Assembly: GCF_009914755.1 (NCBI RefSeq)
Contig: NC_060933.1
Source: the human T2T-CHM13v2.0 reference genome, Homo sapiens
Length of the DNA stretch: 64,000 bases
Reading direction: 5' to 3' (one strand)
The position numbers and the translations under genes were made by a program. This document shows, piece by piece, positions 58,936-64,000 of this stretch (its first letter is position 1; each line of letters opens with the position of its first letter). The notes beneath the pieces are model-generated. The model was not told where the DNA came from, did no database searches, and was given only the letters and a program-made list of their open reading frames with translations.

Positions 58936-61669
58936 AACAGATAAGGTCCCTGCCCTCATGACACTATTATTTTAATGGGAAGAGATAATTAATAATCAAT
59001 AAGCGGTAGTTTTAGATGATGATAATCACTACCGAAGAATAAAGCCCAGTGCAGGGCTTACTTTACATTGGATGATCAGAGAAGGCTTCATTCAGAAGGG
59101 AATATTTGAGGTGAAACCTGAAATAACATGGAGTCACTTATGTAAAAATCAGGAGGAAGAGGGTTCCACGTGAGCACATTAGCCCAAAGGTGGAAATGAG
59201 CATGGCAAAATCAAGCCATCAAACACGGACAGGTTGGCTGGCATAGTAGGTGAGAAGGAGAATAGTATGAGAAGAGGAGAGAAAGGTAGGGGCCAGATTA
59301 TGTAGGGTGTACTGGGCCACATAAAAGTGTCTGAATTTTACTTTTAAGTGAAGTAGGAAGTCATTAGAGGATCTTAAGTGGAGAAAGTATATGCTATGAT
59401 TCGTCTTCAAAGTTCACTCTCCCAGTTCTGTGAGGAAATGGATCACAGCAGGTGGGCAAAAGTGGAAACAGGGAGATCATTTAGGAAGCTACTGCATTGA
59501 ACTGACAAAAAAAAAATGCTGACTTGGAAAAAATGTTTCCTTTCATGAGGGTTAATTAGAATAATGTAAATTAACTGCTACATTCAGTGTCTGATATATA
59601 AACACTCAACAATATATTATACTATTATTATTAGTTTATACCTACAGAAAACTCTTCTTATTCAACACGATATGAACATCAAAACCCTTGAGACAGTAAC
59701 TTGGGAGGTATACAATGACCATACACTCAAGGTTTAAGAAGTAGAACTCTATTATTTATTTAACAAAATGTGTTGAGGATCTACACTGTGCAAATTATAA
59801 ACTGGTTTGCTGAGCCAGCATAGGGAAACTGGATTAATATATCAGGCATCATAGAATACTAGATCTGGAAGGGATCTAGAAGAGTTCAGCCCCTCACTTT
59901 ACGACAAAAGAGCAGCCCAGAGAAAGAAACTGTGGTTCTCCCTAAACTAAAAACTGAGAGGCTCATACCTTAGGTTGCCCCAAGGACACACTCTGAATAA
60001 CTAAAGATTTTCATTAACAATATAAAACCACAAATTTTAAATAAAATGCTATCTTAGCAGTAATGTGCTACACTAAGAAAAATGTAATATGTATATAAAG
60101 CCCTGGATACAGTGCTTTGTACGGGGTGAACACTCAATAAATGGTAACTACTACTTTCAGCAGCTAAAAAAAAAGTCTGTATGGTCTTTGGAAGGCTGAG
60201 AGTGTGTGGTCTACCTGACATCAACTACTTGACTTGAGAGTAGAGCCACAGGAATTTTAATCTAATTCAATTCTTTGATTTTCCAGACGGAAAAAATGAG
60301 GTCTAAAGGGGCTAGATTCAGGCGTTCAAGGCTGCGGTGAGCTATTATCATGCTAGTGCACTACAGCCTGGGTGACAGAGCAAGACATTTTCTCTAATAA
60401 AAAAAAAAAAAAAAATAATAATAATAAAGGGACTAAATGACTTGCAAAGCCACCCACAGTGAATTAGAGACAGAGACAGAGCCAAAGCCAAACCCACATG
60501 TAGTGGGTTTCCACTACATGTCACAGCTATAAGGTAGTGTTTCAAACTTTTATAAAAGGGTAACAAGAACATAGCTGCTGTACTGAACTTTTTCACTCCT
60601 TTTATTAAGGCCACCAGTGAGCTATGAATTTGATATAAGGAGCAATCACACCAACAATCAGGCTGTGAATATATAATCCATGAGTTAAGAACGAAACAGT
60701 CTTAGGAACGCAATTCTATCATAGACACCTGATGAATAGATGGAGTTCACCTGAGCAGCTGTTATATGCACTTCAATAGAGAGACTACAAAGCCTCTCTA
60801 CTTGTAGAATACAAGTACAAAGAAGATGCTTTAAAACATTTTCCAAAGCACACTTAAAATGTGACAATAGCTGCCGGTCACTAAGAAGCTAAAGGGAGAT
60901 AAATTATCTTGGCATACAGCAACAGAATGGTTTATTTTAAGCAAAGACTAAAAGGAGTCTAATAAAATTATTGGGAGACCAAGGCTAAAAGCCACAGATG
61001 CAGGAAGAGTTGCAGCAACCAATCCAAAAAAGTTTAGCCTTTCACAAAGAGTAGAAAGGCCAGCTGTGGACTGTGTGTGGACTTTTAGGTCCTTTTGCAT
61101 TGAAGATTAGGGTGGCCTCCCCCTAGCCTCGAAATAAAAAATCGTCTCTGAAGCAGAGAGACAACAAGGCAGGGCATGAAGAGGAATCCAATCTATTTCT
61201 TGTAAATTAAATTCAACTCAACAAATATTTCCTGAAAATCTACTATGTGCAAGACATTGTGAACGATGCTTGCCTTACCTCAAAGGCTTCAAAATTTTAT
61301 GGGAAAAGGGAAGCGAACGGGCTTCCCGGAAGTAAACAACCCAAGGGCGAATAGAAATGCCCTAAAAGAGGTGCCGGTCAGGCTTATCGGTTCAAAAGCA
61401 AGAAGGCTTTGGGACTCAAGAGTTTAGTCTCCCAAAGTGAGAGAAGTGGCGTTCAAGATAATTGCTGAAGAAAAGGCAGAGATATGGGGATGAAAGATAG
61501 GAAAGTAGGTGAACTTTAGGAAGAGCCAAGAGGGGCCAACTCTCGGTTCCCTCACAACTGCCAGTTTCCTCCCGCGCTCAGCCGACGTCACGCGCACCCG
61601 TGTCCGCGGGCAGGCGCCACGGTTCCGGACCAGACCTACCCCTCCTCTATTCTCCCCGCCCTTTCTCAC

Positions 61670-61830
61670 CTCGGTCCAAACTCCTCGGTCTGCCCTGTCT
61701 GAGAAGAGGAGAAGACAATGCCGTCGGGAGTGAGCCCCAAAGCCCGCAACCTAACAGTCCCGTCAACCCGGGAGCCACCGGCGGCGGCCAGGCCGCATCT
61801 CCATGGCAACGCCGCCAAGCGCCAGTTCGA
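61670..61830 (-). other. KIF24: KIF24 non-coding exon 1 (5' UTR); 5' boundary approximate
   Basis: Strong minus-strand donor CGAG|gtgaga at 61670/61669 inside the CpG island. The TSS is inferred from the promoter motifs, not seen directly. Confidence 0.75.
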
Positions 61831-62119
61831 ACGCCCGCGCTGTGGCCCGCGCGTCGCCAGTCCCGCACCGCCCACCAATGGGCATCCAAGGAATCGGTTG
61901 ACGTTCGTTGACTTCTCCTCTGGAAGACCAATCAGAGGTCTGAAGAAACCGTGGGCGTAACTCTCAATTTCCGACCTTCAGCCAATCGTTCCGCTTGAGG
62001 GAAGATCTCGCGACGTTTCAGTGTGAGACGCGCACCTTTGAGGCGGGTCGAAGATCCTTCTGCCGAATTCTATTGATGGGCCCAAGCGTAACCAGGCTCT
62101 TCTGATTGGCCGGTGTACT

Positions 62120-62163
62120 TCAGTTTCCGTCCAAGGTCCGCCTCCTACCTCCTTCTGCTTCGG
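62120..62163 (+). other. NUDT2: First non-coding exon of the divergent plus-strand gene, probably NUDT2 (Ap4A hydrolase); 5' boundary approximate
   Basis: Donor TTCGG|gtgagt at 62163/62164 just downstream of an inverted CCAAT box. Gene identity rests on recalled head-to-head KIF24/NUDT2 order; no NUDT2 coding sequence is in the window. Confidence 0.65.
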
Positions 62164-62685
62164 GTGAGTAGCCTTAAGGGCCCACTTGATTTTAGTTCTC
62201 AGTGGAGGAAATGAGCCTTGGAGCGATGGGAATCTGCCTCTGGCAAACCTCTGGTCGCTGCAGGGCCGGAGAGGGATGCGCCCTCCTCTAAGTTGGCAGT
62301 GAGGTGTGGGCAGGCCAGGTCCCATCCGCTCTCAGGACCTCAGTTTTCCTGTCTGCACCGGGAGAAGGGAGGTTCCCTGACTCTGAGCCTTGCTTGTCCC
62401 CGTCCGAGTGGGGATAGGGTGGGTCGTCCAAATCCCAGAGGCGGGAGAGGTCCAGGTTTAGGGCCCAGAGGCCCAGGCGCCGAACCTTCCCCTCCCTGGG
62501 CCTCAGTTTCACTTGTTGCTACCCATTAAACCCCGCCTGCTTTCCAAAAGAGATTTTATGTTTTCTAATTGCTTCAGTTATTGAATGGATAATATCGTGG
62601 CAGTTATAGCAGAAGTAAAGAAAGTCGAACAAGAGCCCCACCGCCTTAAACAAACAAACAAAAAAGGGACAGCGTAAACAATGCA

Positions 62686-63635
<950 letters not shown>

Positions 63636-64000
63636 TTAAGGGAAAAAAGGTAATTCTTACTAATAAGGAAACAAATCCATTCTTCAAAAGATAAATTATT
63701 TTTCTAGTTTCTATATTAAAAGGAATTTATGCTGTGGGACCTTATAAGGAATATATATACTGTGGTGAACAGTGTTGAGCAGTTTAACAGACAAGATGAA
63801 AAGTCATTTCTTTAAAACAGAGAAGCTTTTTGATGATCTTTTATGACACACGGGTAACAGTAACTCATATATTTAGTACCTCTGATAATGTCAGACCCTC
63901 TATATATGTCATTTATAAACTCCACAACAACCATGCAAAGTAGGTGTTAACTTCATTTTACAAATGAGGAAGTTAAGTATCTTGCTCTAAGTATCTTGCT

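Larger units (their letters stand above)
61550..62500. promoter_or_regulatory. Bidirectional CpG-island promoter (KIF24 minus strand / NUDT2 plus strand)
   Basis: CpG- and GC-rich non-repeat segment. CCAAT boxes at 61875, 61928, 61982 and inverted at 62105; X-box 61797-61810; CHR-like TTCGAA 61826-61831; TCTCGCGA 62006-62013; CRE-like GACGTCA 61584-61590; GC box 61654-61661. Outward-facing splice donors at 61670 (-) and 62163 (+). Confidence 0.9.

Noticed and set aside
61110-61130. Possible CTCF site (GGTGGCCTCCCCCTAGCC)
   Set aside because: Only a partial match to the core motif; cannot be supported without matrix scoring or ChIP data.
61424-62529. Arg/Pro/Gly-rich ORFs across the CpG island
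   Set aside because: Expected from stop-codon scarcity in GC-rich DNA; no recognisable homology.

Overview
This is human/primate genomic DNA with very high Alu density. It holds the 5' two-thirds of KIF24, a kinesin-13 family centriolar kinesin on the minus strand. A non-coding exon 1 (donor at 61670) and seven coding exons splice through canonical GT-AG sites into 481 uninterrupted codons, covering the SAM domain and most of the motor domain; the gene continues off the left edge. At about 61.5-62.5 kb a bidirectional CpG-island promoter is shared with a plus-strand gene whose first non-coding exon ends at 62163 (NUDT2, assigned from recalled locus order at 9p13.3). Intron 1 contains a full-length processed SERPINH1/HSP47 pseudogene with a poly(A) tail and 14-bp TSD. 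The introns also hold a U2 snRNA pseudogene, two 7SK 5' fragments, an AluYa5, a MER4-type solo LTR, MaLR LTRs, MER33/MER44 DNA transposons, L1/L2/MIR remnants and microsatellites. I see no novel protein-coding system; the most unusual structures are non-coding. (1) A tailless 7SK insertion inside an Alu, later caught in a template-switch inverted duplication, so the KIF24 pre-mRNA carries both sense and antisense 7SK 5' ends. (2) Repeated reuse of the same L1-endonuclease nick site. (3) An RFX X-box that doubles as a strong-Kozak uORF start, next to a CDE/CHR element. (4) A candidate second CCAAT/X-box promoter in intron 3. (5) A candidate 29-nt poison microexon. (6) A candidate UG-repeat-guarded intronic poly(A) site. 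Repeat subfamily names and comparisons to reference RNAs come from memory and need RepeatMasker/BLAST confirmation; repeat boundaries are approximate unless a TSD is quoted.
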